This document shows positions 63,096 through 64,000 of a stretch of 64,000 nt of DNA, in pieces. Every line of letters begins with the position of its first letter. The stretch's first letter is position 1. The notes beneath the pieces were generated by a model. The model made no database searches, was not told the DNA's origin, and saw only the letters and a list, made by a program, of their open reading frames with translations. A program made the position numbers and the translations under genes. Source of the DNA: Podarcis gaigeae (taxonomy: Eukaryota); assembly GCA_964106915.2 (NCBI GenBank), contig OZ066931.1; one strand, written 5' to 3'.

Positions 63096-63788
63096 CTATG
63101 CAAAAATCACAATGTGGGGAAAACTGTGAAGCCAGCCAGTGCCTGTACATAGCTCTATCCTTATTTCAGACATTGTGATAAATCAGTATATTGTAATGTT
63201 TAGCTGGTCATAGATCACAAAGTTGAAAACCATATATTGCCCAGCCCTAATCAACACAAAATAGACTTGTGTCATTGGCCTAGTCCTCTGCCATTAAGAG
63301 TTTCAGGAAGTGTCTTCTGCTTTATCCTTTAAACTCCTGCCAAAAACTTTTCTATTCCACTTTTGCAGGCAATTGAGAATACAACTCTCCATCACAGTTA
63401 GTTGCTGCCCTCCGACTTTAATTCTTTTCTATGTTTTTATTATATAGATATATTATTGTAAACTGCTTTAACTTTTCTTGGGATATGTCAGGATGCAAAT
63501 GACTTTATAAATGAATGCATTCTAAAAATGCCAGCGGTCGAAACAATAAGGTCTTGTGAATGCCTCAGTACACCAGTTGAGGTGGGGATAAGCCAAGAAC
63601 CAGGACAGAAGTAGGGAGTTCCAGACTCCATAACACATCATGAGGAAGAAGAAGCCCCACAGTTCGCCACTCACATCGAACTCCTCCCAGAAACCTCCTT
63701 TGGCAGCCTCTTCCTCTTGGCTTCTCTTTTCAAGCATCTGTACCCTGTCCTCAATGTCAGCTGCATTCACCCGGGTGGCGTTGAAAGG
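50560..63788 (-). CDS. PTPN6: Tyrosine phosphatase SHP-1, 3' part (last 10 coding exons; the SH2-coding exons lie beyond the window)
   Basis: Exons on minus strand: 63788-63675, 62213-62117, 60796-60726, 60625-60476, 58480-58349, 56753-56599, 54806-54739, 53308-53157, 52164-52076, 50674-50560; 1143 nt in frame. Motifs: [40 protein letters not shown], and SHP-1-type tail EYGNITY, LYENL, KGSLKKK. Probable AATAAA (minus) at 48730-48735. Confidence 0.96.
50851..51046. mobile_element. Tc1/mariner MITE
   Basis: TA|CAGTGGACGCTCGGG...CCCGAGGTATGACTG|TA. Confidence 0.75.
51313..51358. repeat. (TAA)n microsatellite
   Basis: Direct reading; it explains the poly-N and poly-L ORFs in the track. Confidence 0.9.
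52686..53071 (-). mobile_element. Sauria SINE
   Basis: Full head and tail. Confidence 0.9.
53341..53452 (+). mobile_element. tRNA-derived SINE with CR1-type tail
   Basis: tRNA-Ile-like head fused to GGACTAGATGATCCTCAGG...CTTCCAAC. Confidence 0.65.
53855..54420 (+). mobile_element. L1/Tx1-like LINE 3' fragment
   Basis: CWR...FWQKV...[11 protein letters not shown]...KFNNIW, T-rich 3' UTR, AATAAA. Confidence 0.6.
54992..55340 (-). mobile_element. Sauria SINE
   Basis: TSD CAACATCCAGTATA. Confidence 0.92.
55698..56052 (-). mobile_element. Sauria SINE
   Basis: TSD GTTCATTAATATA. Confidence 0.92.
57214..57439. mobile_element. Tc1/mariner MITE
   Basis: TA TSD, TIR CAGTGGTACCTC. Confidence 0.85.
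59481..60218 (-). mobile_element. L2 LINE 3' fragment
   Basis: [14 protein letters not shown]...LQRVQN...[23 protein letters not shown], with a (TAT)n tail. Confidence 0.88.
60921..61898. mobile_element. hAT MITE containing a nested SINE and an L2 3' end (~61410-61712)
   Basis: TIRs CGGGGCTGGATTTA/TAAATCCGACACTA; 8-bp TSD CCTGTGAC at 60913 and 61899. Confidence 0.7.
60963..61320 (+). mobile_element. Sauria SINE
   Basis: TSD TAAGTTACTGAA. Confidence 0.92.
61907..62032. mobile_element. Short hAT MITE
   Basis: TIRs CAGTGCTATTTTTC/GAAAAAAAGCACTG. Confidence 0.7.
62600..63249. mobile_element. hAT element with a nested mariner MITE (62615-62866)
   Basis: 8-bp TSD ATCAACAC at 62592 and 63250; TIRs TAGGCCTGGACAATA/TATTGCCCAGCCCTA; duplicated left end at ~62964. 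Confidence 0.75.
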
Positions 63789-64000
63789 CTAGCGGGAGAG
63801 AAGGAAGGAAGGAAAGAAGGAGAAATGTGCAGCCAATCAGAAGCCGCGCTTTGGTTTCCGAACATTTTGGAAGTCGAAAGGACTTCCGGAACGGATTCCG
63901 TTCGACTTCCAAGGTACGACTGTATTTTAAAATGAATATTTTAACTCATCTGCAAGAGAAAAACTGAAGGGAAAAGCACATAAAATAATAAAGGGTCATA

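Overview
Squamate genomic DNA, probably a lacertid lizard (dense Sauria/Squam1-type SINEs, BovB, Rex1, L2). The window is the conserved vertebrate LPCAT3-EMG1-PHB2-PTPN6 block. Reading splice sites by hand gives three complete genes: LPCAT3 (+, 12 coding exons, 475 aa), EMG1 (-, 6 exons, 235 aa) and PHB2 (+, 10 coding exons, 301 aa). PHB2 has a U12 AT-AC intron, a 6-nt microexon and the intronic scaRNA SCARNA12/U89. The last 10 coding exons of PTPN6/SHP-1 (-) follow. EMG1 and PHB2 share an ETS-rich bidirectional promoter. Less expected items: a frameshifted claudin-34-like pseudogene outside its usual locus (~3.4-4.0 kb, -); an inverted Penelope-type insertion with two minimal hammerhead ribozyme motifs in LPCAT3 intron 1; a SCARNA12 D'-box guide that predicts U5 Gm37; LXR and PPAR elements in the LPCAT3 promoter; possible 5' exons of a C1S-like gene; and no recognisable miR-200c/141 between PHB2 and PTPN6. 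Homologue comparisons are from memory; no searches were run.
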